Source: Synechococcales cyanobacterium
GTDB taxonomy: Bacteria; Cyanobacteriota; Cyanobacteriia; Cyanobacteriales; Chamaesiphonaceae
Assembly (NCBI GenBank): GCA_043755495.1
Contig: JAYUSV010000358.1
Span: 1-43,902 of the forward strand
Direction of reading: 5' to 3'
Length of the DNA: 43,902 bases
Part shown: in pieces, positions 1 to 9,242 of the stretch
How the letters are laid out: each line of letters opens with the position of its first letter
Position numbering within the stretch: position 1 is the stretch's first letter
Notes under the pieces: model-generated
Seen by the model: the letters and a program-made list of their open reading frames with translations, nothing else
Told to the model about the DNA's origin: nothing
The model's database searches: none
Position numbers and translations under genes: made by a program

Positions 1-1
1 C

Positions 2-1816
2 GACTTACAGCCGATCCAAAATCTGATTGCTGGCGGTGATACTTTATCGCTACCCCATGTGCAAAAAGTTTTATCCACACTGAACTGCCGGTTAGTAAAT
101 GGCTATGGCCCTACCGAAAATACTACATTTACTTGCTGCCATCCGATTTCTGCCGGTTCATTATCTACTTCTGTCCCGATCGGACGACCCATCGCTAATA
201 CTCAAGCTTATATCTTAGATTCTCTGCTACAACCAATCCCGATCGGCATTCCTGGAGAACTATATATCGGCGGCGACGGTTTAGCCCGAGGCTATCTTAA
301 GTTGCCAGAATTAACCGCCGAAAAATTCATCTCGAATCCTTTTACTGGATCGGCAAAGCTATATAGAACCGGTGATTTAGCCCGTTATCTGGCCAATGGA
401 GATATTGAGTTTTTAGGCCGCATCGATAATCAAGTCAAAATTCGCGGCTTTCGGTTAGAACTGGGAGAAATCGAGACTGCCCTGATTCAGCATCCCGGCT
501 TACGAGAGGTGATTGTAATCGTTCGAGAAGATCGCCTAGGAGACAAGCGATTAGTAGCTTACCTGGTTACTGAGCAATCCGCCAATCCACCAACAGAAAA
601 AGATTTGCGGGCATTTTTGCGATCGAAGTTGCCCGACTATATGGTTCCATCTGCCTTTGTGATAGTAGATAATTTGCCCCTGACTCTAAATGGTAAGGTC
701 GATCGGCGGGCTTTACCCATCCCAGAATACCAGCGGCGAGATGCTAAGAATGAACCAGTTGCACCCCGTGATGATTTAGAGGTACAGCTCACCGCAATTT
801 GGCAGCGGCTACTGGGAGTGCAAAATATCAGCATCCAAGATAATTTCTTTGAACTCGGTGGCCACTCATTGATTGCCGTGCGGTTATTTGCTGAAATCGA
901 GCAGATTTGGGGACAAAATTTACCACTGGCCACATTGTTTCAACAGCAAACGATCGAGGAACTAGCGGGTGTCTTACGACAGAAGAAGTGGTCTGCTCCT
1001 TGGTCTTCGTTGGTGTTGATTCAAGCAGGTGCAGAGCAACCACCGTTGTTTTGCATTCACCCAGTGGGCGGCAACATTTTAGAGTATTACAACTTAGCCG
1101 GTTATCTTGGTCAAGATCGCCCTATATATGGATTGCAATCTCAAGGGCTAGATGGCAAACAGCAGCCTTTGCGTAGCATAGAAGATATGGCCAAGCACTA
1201 CATTCAAGAAATTCAAACGGTGCAATCTCACGGCCCTTATTTTTTGACTGGTTACTCTTTTGGGGGCTTAGTAGCTTTTGAAATGGCTCAGCAGCTACGG
1301 GCTAATGGTGAAGAGATCGGGTTATTAGCTTTGTTAGACAGTAGTGCACCTAATCTACCAAGTCGCCGCCCTGCTTTTACTCAATCTTTAGGAATTCATA
1401 TTAGTAATCTTTGCCAACTTACCTTCAAAGAACAGTCCAGCTATATTATGGATCGGATTGCTTATCGGCTTAGTAGCAAGGATCAAGAAGATTTTCTGGC
1501 CAAGAGTCTGTATAAATTAGAGGATTTAACTCCTCAACTATTAAATGTGTTGAACTGCAATATTCAAGCTGGTGAGAATTATGCGGCCAAAAAATACCTC
1601 GGTAAAATGGTACTATTTCGTTGTCAGGTGCAAGATTTAGAACATTATCTTCATCCAGAGTTTGGCTGGCCAGACATAGTAGATGGCGGGGTGGACGTTC
1701 ATCCTGTTCCTGGGCCACACTTTAGAATGCTCAAGGAACCTCGTATTCAGTTTCTGGCCGCAGAGCTAAAGCTCTGTATACAAAAAACATCCATAGAATT
1801 GGAGTCAATAGATTGA
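2..1816 (+). CDS. Non-ribosomal peptide synthetase, end of the terminal module (3' part of adenylation domain, then PCP/thiolation, then thioesterase); 5'-truncated by the window edge
   Basis: The frame is open from nt 2 (DLQPIQNLIAGGDTLSLPH precedes the tracked Met at 59). A-domain core motifs: NGYGPTENTTF (A5), GELYIGGDGLARGY (A6), YRTGDLA (A7), GRIDNQVKIRGFRLELGEIE (A8), LPDYMVP (A9), NGKVDR (A10). PCP motif FFELGGHSL (about nt 770-974). TE domain with GYSFGG (GxSxG), about nt 1004-1740. Confidence 0.92.
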   Translation, partial: DLQPIQNLIAGGDTLSLPHVQKVLSTLNCRLVNGYGPTENTTFTCCHPISAGSLSTSVPIGRPIANTQAYILDSLLQPIPIGIPGELYIGGDGLARGYLKLPELTAEKFISNPFTGSAKLYRTGDLARYLANGDIEFLGRIDNQVKIRGFRLELGEIETALIQHPGLREVIVIVREDRLGDKRLVAYLVTEQSANPPTEKDLRAFLRSKLPDYMVPSAFVIVDNLPLTLNGKVDRRALPIPEYQRRDAKNEPVAPRDDLEVQLTAIWQRLLGVQNISIQDNFFELGGHSLIAVRLFAEIEQIWGQNLPLATLFQQQTIEELAGVLRQKKWSAPWSSLVLIQAGAEQPPLFCIHPVGGNILEYYNLAGYLGQDRPIYGLQSQGLDGKQQPLRSIEDMAKHYIQEIQTVQSHGPYFLTGYSFGGLVAFEMAQQLRANGEEIGLLALLDSSAPNLPSRRPAFTQSLGIHISNLCQLTFKEQSSYIMDRIAYRLSSKDQEDFLAKSLYKLEDLTPQLLNVLNCNIQAGENYAAKKYLGKMVLFRCQVQDLEHYLHPEFGWPDIVDGGVDVHPVPGPHFRMLKEPRIQFLAAELKLCIQKTSIELESID

Positions 1817-1906
1817 TTCTAAAGTCATGAAATTGTGCTAGCACCAATTCAAGGCTGATCACTGCAATCAAACTGTAAAATTAGGTTTTTATAAAACCCT
1901 CGATTA

Positions 1907-3343
1907 ATGTCACCGAAAAACAAGATTTTCAGTAATTCGCTATCGATGTTGATCAACAAGTTGACTCAAGGGATCGCTACTTTTTTGCTAAGTGCCGCGA
2001 TCGCTCGGACTTTGGGGGCATATTCTTTAGGACAGTATCTATTAGCTATAAGTTACTACAACATTTTTGTTAATCTTTCATCTCAAGGGTTTAAGACACT
2101 GTTTACCAGAGAGATTGCTCGCACCCCAGAATCAACTGCGGTATATTTAGTGAGTGGTACTCTATTACAGTTGTTTTTTAGCCTCATTGGCTACATTGCC
2201 TTGGTAGTAGTGGTGTATATATTGCCATATAATAATGACACATCTTATGTTTGTTACATTTTGGGCTTGACAGTTATTCCATTTTCTCTTTCTAATATTA
2301 CTGAATCAATTTTTCAAGCTCAAGAGAAGATGCACTTAATTGCTTTTTCCACCGTGCCAATCTACATCTCTCGATTATTAGTAATGCTCTGGATGATGCA
2401 AAAGACTCATGATGTGGGGCATTTAGCCATAGTTATTGCCGTCTCTGAAACTATTATTTTGTTGATTGAATGGGCACTCATTATCAAGATAGTCAAACCA
2501 ATCTGGCAGATCGATCGAGAGTTTATGTGGAATACTATCAAAGCTGTAAAGACATTGGTGGCGATCGAAGGCATGGGCATATTTGCCGCCAAGATAGATG
2601 TACTGATTTTATCACTTTTGGGTAATGAAATTTTAGTGGGGGTTTATGGCTCTGTAATGCAGCTAATTCAACCATTTTTCATTGTGTCTAATAGTTTAAC
2701 GCTAGCTTCCTTCCCCCGAATGTCTAAAGCCGTTGCCTTGGGCAAAAAGCAGCAACAGCAAGAGGCAGAACATATCATTAATGTTTTGCTCTGTATGGGA
2801 TTACCATTTTTAATTGGCATTCTTTTTCATGGTAGCGAGTTACTGCTATTTATTTATCAAAAGCCAAGTTTTGCTGAAGCTGGAATTATTCTTGATATTG
2901 CATCAGTAGCAATTGTTACTTTGACTTTTTCTCAAGTTTGCAGCTATGTCTTAATATCTAATGGACTAGAAAAATTTAATCTTTTAGAGGTGTCAATTAC
3001 CACTGTCATCGGCAGCCTAGCTGGAATATTGCTGATCGCCGAATACAAATTGCTGGGTGCGGCATTCATGGGGTTAATCATGAGTATTAGTAGCTTCTCA
3101 GTACTAGTATATACTGTTCACCGTAGGATATTCCCCATTCGGTTGTTAAAAATATTTTGGTTACCGTTGATAGTTAGTAGTTTGATGCTAACGGTCTTCT
3201 TTCTGCTTCAGCGAACGAGTCTAGATCTTTTGCCACAAATAGCTGTGGCTGTTTGTGCTTATACTATTTTAATCTCCTTTATAACCTTACAGAAATTAGG
3301 AGGATTAGAATATGTAAGAAAAAGAATATCAAGAATAAGGTGA
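1907..3343 (+). CDS. Multi-pass membrane protein, MOP-superfamily flippase/exporter (Wzx/RfbX polysaccharide-biosynthesis-protein-like)
   Basis: 478 aa and hydrophobic throughout, with about 12-14 predicted TM segments. The N-terminus (NSLSMLINKLTQGIATFLLSAAIARTLGAYSLGQY) is typical of the Polysacc_synt/Wzx family. No cytoplasmic domain. Family call is from pattern only. Confidence 0.6.
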   Translation: MSPKNKIFSNSLSMLINKLTQGIATFLLSAAIARTLGAYSLGQYLLAISYYNIFVNLSSQGFKTLFTREIARTPESTAVYLVSGTLLQLFFSLIGYIALVVVVYILPYNNDTSYVCYILGLTVIPFSLSNITESIFQAQEKMHLIAFSTVPIYISRLLVMLWMMQKTHDVGHLAIVIAVSETIILLIEWALIIKIVKPIWQIDREFMWNTIKAVKTLVAIEGMGIFAAKIDVLILSLLGNEILVGVYGSVMQLIQPFFIVSNSLTLASFPRMSKAVALGKKQQQQEAEHIINVLLCMGLPFLIGILFHGSELLLFIYQKPSFAEAGIILDIASVAIVTLTFSQVCSYVLISNGLEKFNLLEVSITTVIGSLAGILLIAEYKLLGAAFMGLIMSISSFSVLVYTVHRRIFPIRLLKIFWLPLIVSSLMLTVFFLLQRTSLDLLPQIAVAVCAYTILISFITLQKLGGLEYVRKRISRIR

Positions 3344-3421
3344 GTTTACTTATTGGGTGGCAACGCAAAGCGAGGTGAGATTTGTTGTACGAGCTAGCTA
3401 TTGCTATATTTTGCCCAGGAC

Positions 3422-3526
3422 TTAGCCTATTTGTAAGAGGAAAGGCACAATTAGATTGACTGTAGCAATAAGTATCACAGGGACTAGAATTAGTTCAACT
3501 GTTTCCATCGGGTTAAGATTTGCCAT
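3422..3526 (-). CDS. Possible 34-aa single-TM micro-protein (MANLNPMETVELILVPVILIATVNLIVPFLLQIG)
   Basis: I translated this by hand from the minus strand; it falls below the 60-aa cut-off of the ORF track. ATG start, TAA stop and one clean hydrophobic helix. It has no convincing Shine-Dalgarno sequence and does not match any small photosystem/cytochrome b6f subunit I can recall. Confidence 0.2.
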   Translation of the reverse strand: MANLNPMETVELILVPVILIATVNLIVPFLLQIG

Positions 3527-3917
3527 TTTTGGAGTATTACCTCGCTTGTGTTGGTTTACTGAGCTTTTTCGGCAACTAAAGACTCTGAATCACCCAAATT
3601 TCGATTGGTGAGAGCGCCGCTGATACAGCTCTTAAATGTAAGATTCCCGGTAGTGAGGCTAAAGTTTCCAGGTAATCGATATCATTATTGATCAAAGTGT
3701 GACCGACCGCACATTTATTTACTGTGACCCCGATCTTCTTCTGTCAATTGTTTTTTTTGTCTGATGCTGCCTAAGTGGAAAGCATCCGCCAATGGCAGTG
3801 TTTGGATTGATCCCCGCCACCCTATATTATTATTTCTGTCCTTTTGTCAGGGGATCAGGACAATAAATAAAGTCATGAACTTTTTTATCTCTGGATAAAG
3901 TTTTATCCGAACGAGTC

Positions 3918-6900
3918 CTAAGATTTCACTTTGACCTTGAATTTAATAGATCCATAAGCTCCGCCCAAAATCGGATTGCTACTATTAGCGGCATCCACAA
4001 CTACTGTATTAGTTGATTGATCGGCAGTGGTGTTACTTACCAAGTTGCAGTCGGTGGGACTGGTGCTAGAGTATTCTCCTCGATCATCTCCAGATATATT
4101 AGTGAGATATTGGCTAGTGCTGCCATTAGGGCTAAGCAAGATACCTTTGGTAGTATTACTACTGTTAAAATCCGGGACAAACTCGAGATTTTTGTTAAGG
4201 GCATCACAGATTTTGGCTTGGCCGATGCGGTTTTCACCACTGTTTAGGTAATAGATAGCGTATTCAATTTCATCACCAGGGCGTACTTGGCCGGGGTCGA
4301 TCGCCCCTAGCAGATAGCTGTTAGGCCAACCTGGATCGTTATCTTTGCTAGAGCCAGATTCATGGATATAGCTACTGTAATCTGTCCTCAATCCAGTAGC
4401 AGCAGAAGTAATAGCCGTGATGCGTTTCACCAAAATCAAGTTGGCTTTACTGCTAGGGATAGCACTAAATTCGGAGGTGTTACCATTGCTATCGGTGGCA
4501 GTGGCAGTGATATTGGTGGCGGTGGTTAAGCCCAAAGTGCCAGCGTTACTAAAAGTACAAGGATTGGTGCTGTTGCCAAAAATACCGTTGGCATCGGTGG
4601 TACAAGCGCCGAGATAGATTTTACCTTCGCCGTGGGGTTTAGATCTGCTATCGCCTGCCACGACTTCACCATTTTGGTCGGCGGGGCTGTTATCGGCAAT
4701 AAAAAATTCTAGGGTGAGATTGCCAAAAGTGTTGTTGCCGGCAGGATTATTGCCCACATAGCCTTTGGTGGTGAGATTACCACTGTTGATGGTGGCCAAG
4801 GTAATTAGCGGATAATCCAAATCTTGGTTGCTGATGGTGGTAGATATGGTGCCGTTATTGGGGGTGATGCCATTAGCAGTATTACCCAAGTCGATGCCCA
4901 CGCCCACATTGCCGAAAATAGAGTTTTGGGTGATTTTATTTTTCTGTTTACCTGCTTCGATCGCAATGCCGTAGCTACCCAAAGAATTACTCACTACATT
5001 TCCTGAGATAGTAACGGCAGTCTGTTGAGAATTAATGCCTCGGCGGTTTTGGTTTAAGATGTTTTTGTCGATTTTAATGCCCTGTAAATCATTAGTGCCA
5101 CTGGCTTGGAGTAAAATGCCGAAACCACTGGCATTACTAGCTCCATTGCGCAAAATAGAGTTGTTTTGCACCAAGAAATTACTACTAGTGCCGCTGACGG
5201 CGGGGCGAATAGCGATGCCAGAGTCGGCTTGGGAGTCGGTTAATAAGTTACGGGTGATGCTGATGTTGCCAATAGTGCTGGGGAAAAGTTCGATCGCGCT
5301 ATGTTGGCCAGCAGTGCCCGTGACATTTCCCGGCTGCTTGATTTCGTTTTCACGAATAACTAATCCCGATAGGTCAATAGCTGATCTGCCACCTAATATG
5401 CCGCGCTCACTGGTAAAACCAATGATGTTATTGGTAATAGTGGCATTGTTAGATCCATTAATCACAATGCCAGACTGGGATTGATTAACAGTGGGTGCTG
5501 TGAAGTTATTGGCTGTAAAGCCGATCGCATTTTGTGTGACTATAGGATTTGCAGCTTGCAGTAGAATATCACCTCGGTTGTTGCCAACTGTGCCAAACCC
5601 ATGAATAGCAATGCCTTGGATGGTGGCATTGGCTCCATCTACAGTGATGCCATGAATGACACTACCACTATTAATGAGTTCTACTTCGGGAGCATTGAGC
5701 TTAGCTAAAGATAGGTTGTCTACCCCGACATTGCCACCCCTGCCCAGAGTTAAACTATTGGTATTTCCGATATTATTAGTTTGAGTCCGACCATCGATCG
5801 AAGTATCAGCATCAGTGATTCTCAACGTTGTACCTAATTTGATAACCGCTACTCCGGCAGTATTCAACTGATTAATGACTCCGGTTCTCAGTCCTGCCGG
5901 AACTGGTAAACTTGCTGGCAAGGGAATCATGAAAATGGAGACTTCTTTGCCTGCCGGTTGTCCGACTTGGACTAAACCATTGTTAGTAAAGGCATTGCTG
6001 TTGATCACGAATTGGCGCAGTGAACCCTGTCCAGTGTCTCGGGTATTGACAATCGTATCAAAATTGAAACCAAAATCTAGACCATTAATATTAGCAGTAC
6101 CTACAGTTACTGGTGTCAATGACAACACTTCACTCTGGGTGATGGCGTTGAGCGCCGCTAGGGTCTGGGTGCCAGTATTTACGGCTGGGTCACTGTTTTC
6201 AGGCTTTTCTCCACCTACTCGATCGACGATGGCTACCGCAGCTCCACTAGTACCATCGGTGCGAAATGTCTGCACTGGTAATAAAGTATCTGTCGGTAGG
6301 GAGGCGGTGAGGTTACGACTAGAAACAACAGTTCTATTCACTACTCTAATTTTAAAATTACCAGAGCCAACAGTGAAACTGTATTTACCACTAGCATCGG
6401 TAGTGGTGGTGGCTACGAAGCTACCAAGAGAGTCGTATAGTTCTACAACTACTCCCGAACGGACAATAGTGCCAGTAGTGCTTAATGGCCGACCAGCACC
6501 GCCGCCATAGTTAGGATCTTCAAAAACCGTACCAGATATTTTGGGGTCGATCGGCAGCGCAATTACCCTAACATCTTCGCCGCTGTTGGCGATCGAATCA
6601 TAACTGGTCGTAATGGTACCGCTAGGAGTGAGCCGTTTCGGATCAAAGTAAGTGGCAGTAACTGGATTATTGTAAGTTCCAGGGGCGATCGTGTTATTAG
6701 ATAATGCCTGAAAGGTAATTTCAACCTTTTTATTAGTAGGAATTGAAAAAGTCCCCCAGTTGGCAGTAGTACTACCAACTGTCGGGCTCACCGGATTAGT
6801 GCGAGTAACCCCAGTATCCATATTTACAGAAATACTCGCATCAAAGGTAAAACCACTGGGAAGCACGTCTTGAATATTTACATCAGTAGCCGTCGTTCTA

Positions 6901-9044
6901 CCCGGTGCATTGGTTATGGTGATTTTATAAGTAGCTTTGCCTCCCTGAGTAATTTGAGGGGTAGTGGTATTTTTCCATACCGAAACCAACGGTAAACAGG
7001 AGTCATCATTGACCGTAGCAAAAGGATCGCTAGTAGTTTGTACCGTGACAATTTGGCCACTTGCCCCAGCAGTAGCACCATGGGCAACACCAGCACCATT
7101 GCCAGTTTTACCACTGGCTCCACCAGCCACATTCGTAATCAAAGTTGCACCAGGAACATTCTGAACAATTACCCCACCGCCACCACCACCACCTGGGCCA
7201 TGCGCTGTAACACCATTACTATTATCGTTCAGAGTATTACCACCTAATCCACCTTGAGCATTAATATTAATAGTGGCGGTGGGGCTATTTTGGCGAGCGC
7301 TAATGTACACAGAACCGCCAGCACCACCACCGCCAGCTCCATCTGGCGCACCATTAAAAACTCCCGGGTCTCCATCACTACCGCTGATGTTAATTGTTCC
7401 GTTACCTACGATGGTGCCTGATCTAATCAGTACAATGCCAGCCCCCACACCACCACGTACTCCATTAGTCGCATTATTGGCATCTCCACCACCGCCGCCG
7501 CCACCCAATACTAGGCGATTTAAGCTAGCAGTGCTGCTGACAATATCGCCCCCTCTGCCGCCACTATCGATTGCTCCACCGGCACCTTCCCAGGGCAAAC
7601 CGCCTTGACCACCCCTGCCTCCATTACCGCCACCACCACCACCGGCGTTGTGAACGTTTCCACCACCGCCAGCATTACCCGGTGCACCCCGCCCGACATC
7701 TCCATTGGGGTATCCTTGACTGTTGTTATTTAAAGCCGTTGTACCACTCCAGACATACTGTGGTGTACCTGCTATACCTTCCCCTTTACCAGAGCCAATT
7801 CCGTTGGTTAGTGAAAGAATTCCGCGATAATCTAAAGTTGAGTTACCAGAAGGCTTAGTAGGTAGATAGCCCCCCCGAAAACCTCGACTTCTACTATCAA
7901 TTGTGCGCCCATTTAAATTTAATTGCCCGGCTACATCTATTAAAACTATGCCACCAACACTGCCATTCCATTCTTGAGCGCTGACAGTATTATTAAGTGT
8001 GAGATTGGCATACTGTGGCACCCGAACAACTTGGAACTGCCGTCGTCCTCTGGTACTAGTAGCAATATCATTAGTATAACTATAAAGCAATCCACCACCT
8101 GCCCCGGCTCCGGCAAAAGTCAATGATCCACCAGTAGCTGGTACGGTATTGGTAGCTGCTACATACTCATATAACCCAGAGTTTCCTAAAGAAGTGTAGC
8201 CACTACCATTGTTACCCGCTAAGCCAGAGCCATAGGAGCTGGTATTACTGCTGTCGATCGTGGCATCTTGCATTTGAATAATTAATAGCAAATCTCCTGG
8301 TGTGATAGGGCTGCCAAGACCGATCGAACCTCCCACCGTCATGGTTTGGGTACCCGGAGCAAGGGAGAGGTTATTTCCTGGGTAGTAAGTATTCAGCACT
8401 CCACTCAAGTTTCCGTCACCATCTTTACCAGGCAACGCACAAATTCCGGTACCGGTTCTTACCGGTGCTGGTGGTGGTGCTGGAACCGTTGGTGCTGCTG
8501 TAACAGTTACATCTTCGCTGTTGCTGGTGAGGGGGTTATAGCTGGCAGATTGGTTAATACTGGTGCCATCATAGGTGATATTAACTGGGTTTTGATAGGT
8601 GCCCAGAGCTTGGCTGGCGGGAATATTAACGACGAAAGTAATGGCGACGCTGGCAGTGGGCGGCAGGGTAAAAGTTCCCCAGTTGGGGTTGATGCTTCCG
8701 GCAGCAGGATTCGTTGTGCCGGTGCGGGTGGCGGAGTTTTGGAGTGTGGGGAGGCCAATTGTGGCATCGTAGATAAAACCTGCTGGTAGGGTGTCGGTGA
8801 TCGCAACGTTACTAATTGTCCCGCCAGAAGAATTGGTGACTTTGATTGTATAGGTAGCAGCGCCACTAGCAGCCACGCTGGGAGTGCTGGTAGTTTTGGT
8901 GACTGTGACGGCTGGGCTGGCGGTTTGGGCAAAAACAGGCCGCATAATCGGTTGTGCCATCAAGTCGGTGAGGGGCAATGACAAGATGATGGCTAATCGG
9001 AGGCTCAATCCACATAGGCGAGAGAAGGATGGCATAGCGATCAA
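3918..9044 (-). CDS. Giant secreted beta-rich surface protein, paralogue A (1708 aa): DUF11, Gly-rich solenoid-like module, DUF11, SdrD-B-like, CSLREA-like motif, parallel beta-helix repeats, GNTSEFS module, shared C-terminal domain
   Basis: The ORF starts with TTG at 9044; ATG at 9035 (MPSFSRLCGLSLRLAIILSL, signal-peptide-like) is the more likely start. Domains:
- DUF11 signature VTKTTSTPSVAASGAATYTIKVTNSSGGTISNVAITDTLPAGF (aa 46-183, nt 8496-8909)
- Gly-rich module, aa 200-670 (nt 7035-8447)
- second DUF11, aa 688-830 (nt 6555-6983)
- ISGTVFEDPNYGGGAGRPL...GKYSF...FKIRVV (SdrD-B/CnaB-like, nt 6315-6539)
- QGSLRQFVINSNA
- PbH1-type repeats (NNIIGF, IRENEI, ITRNLL, VQNNSI, IDKNIL, ISGNVV, ITQNSIFGNVGVGIDL; nt about 4875-5672)
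- ITATATDSNGNTSEFS
- C-terminal domain, nt 3921-4448. Confidence 0.88.
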   Translation of the reverse strand: MIAMPSFSRLCGLSLRLAIILSLPLTDLMAQPIMRPVFAQTASPAVTVTKTTSTPSVAASGAATYTIKVTNSSGGTISNVAITDTLPAGFIYDATIGLPTLQNSATRTGTTNPAAGSINPNWGTFTLPPTASVAITFVVNIPASQALGTYQNPVNITYDGTSINQSASYNPLTSNSEDVTVTAAPTVPAPPPAPVRTGTGICALPGKDGDGNLSGVLNTYYPGNNLSLAPGTQTMTVGGSIGLGSPITPGDLLLIIQMQDATIDSSNTSSYGSGLAGNNGSGYTSLGNSGLYEYVAATNTVPATGGSLTFAGAGAGGGLLYSYTNDIATSTRGRRQFQVVRVPQYANLTLNNTVSAQEWNGSVGGIVLIDVAGQLNLNGRTIDSRSRGFRGGYLPTKPSGNSTLDYRGILSLTNGIGSGKGEGIAGTPQYVWSGTTALNNNSQGYPNGDVGRGAPGNAGGGGNVHNAGGGGGGNGGRGGQGGLPWEGAGGAIDSGGRGGDIVSSTASLNRLVLGGGGGGGDANNATNGVRGGVGAGIVLIRSGTIVGNGTINISGSDGDPGVFNGAPDGAGGGGAGGSVYISARQNSPTATININAQGGLGGNTLNDNSNGVTAHGPGGGGGGGVIVQNVPGATLITNVAGGASGKTGNGAGVAHGATAGASGQIVTVQTTSDPFATVNDDSCLPLVSVWKNTTTPQITQGGKATYKITITNAPGRTTATDVNIQDVLPSGFTFDASISVNMDTGVTRTNPVSPTVGSTTANWGTFSIPTNKKVEITFQALSNNTIAPGTYNNPVTATYFDPKRLTPSGTITTSYDSIANSGEDVRVIALPIDPKISGTVFEDPNYGGGAGRPLSTTGTIVRSGVVVELYDSLGSFVATTTTDASGKYSFTVGSGNFKIRVVNRTVVSSRNLTASLPTDTLLPVQTFRTDGTSGAAVAIVDRVGGEKPENSDPAVNTGTQTLAALNAITQSEVLSLTPVTVGTANINGLDFGFNFDTIVNTRDTGQGSLRQFVINSNAFTNNGLVQVGQPAGKEVSIFMIPLPASLPVPAGLRTGVINQLNTAGVAVIKLGTTLRITDADTSIDGRTQTNNIGNTNSLTLGRGGNVGVDNLSLAKLNAPEVELINSGSVIHGITVDGANATIQGIAIHGFGTVGNNRGDILLQAANPIVTQNAIGFTANNFTAPTVNQSQSGIVINGSNNATITNNIIGFTSERGILGGRSAIDLSGLVIRENEIKQPGNVTGTAGQHSAIELFPSTIGNISITRNLLTDSQADSGIAIRPAVSGTSSNFLVQNNSILRNGASNASGFGILLQASGTNDLQGIKIDKNILNQNRRGINSQQTAVTISGNVVSNSLGSYGIAIEAGKQKNKITQNSIFGNVGVGIDLGNTANGITPNNGTISTTISNQDLDYPLITLATINSGNLTTKGYVGNNPAGNNTFGNLTLEFFIADNSPADQNGEVVAGDSRSKPHGEGKIYLGACTTDANGIFGNSTNPCTFSNAGTLGLTTATNITATATDSNGNTSEFSAIPSSKANLILVKRITAITSAATGLRTDYSSYIHESGSSKDNDPGWPNSYLLGAIDPGQVRPGDEIEYAIYYLNSGENRIGQAKICDALNKNLEFVPDFNSSNTTKGILLSPNGSTSQYLTNISGDDRGEYSSTSPTDCNLVSNTTADQSTNTVVVDAANSSNPILGGAYGSIKFKVKVKS
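3921..4448 (-). other. Shared C-terminal domain (CTD), copy in paralogue A (aa 1533-1708)
   Basis: ANLILVKRITAI...DPGWPNSY...VRPGDEIEYAIYYLNSGENRIGQAKICD...SQYLTN...TDCN...NTVVVDAAN...GSIKFKVKVKS-stop. It aligns with the C-termini of the other four paralogues. Confidence 0.8.
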
Positions 9045-9242
9045 AAAATGCGGCAGTTGTATTACCTATCATTCCCGATTTTGATCAATCCATATCAGTC
9101 AATTTTTATACTGTAACAGTACTACATGTAACTACGGTGCTGCTAAAAGATTTAGGAAGAAAAAATAAAACTGGCTTTCACATTGGTAGGGTTCGTAGAA
9201 CGTTCCCTAAGAACGGATCGCCAGTCATCATTTGTTTTTTTA

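Noticed and set aside
7178-7645. CCACC/GCCACC tracts (poly-Gly codons) as slipped-strand phase-variation switches
   Set aside because: The tracts are imperfect and have 3-nt periodicity. Slippage would add or remove Gly residues rather than shift the frame, so there is no on/off logic.
7035-8447. The Gly-rich region of paralogue A as an RTX calcium-binding repeat block, implying type I secretion
   Set aside because: The repeats do not follow GGxGxDxUx, Asp is nearly absent at the expected positions, the protein has an N-terminal signal peptide, and no T1SS ABC, MFP or TolC genes are nearby.
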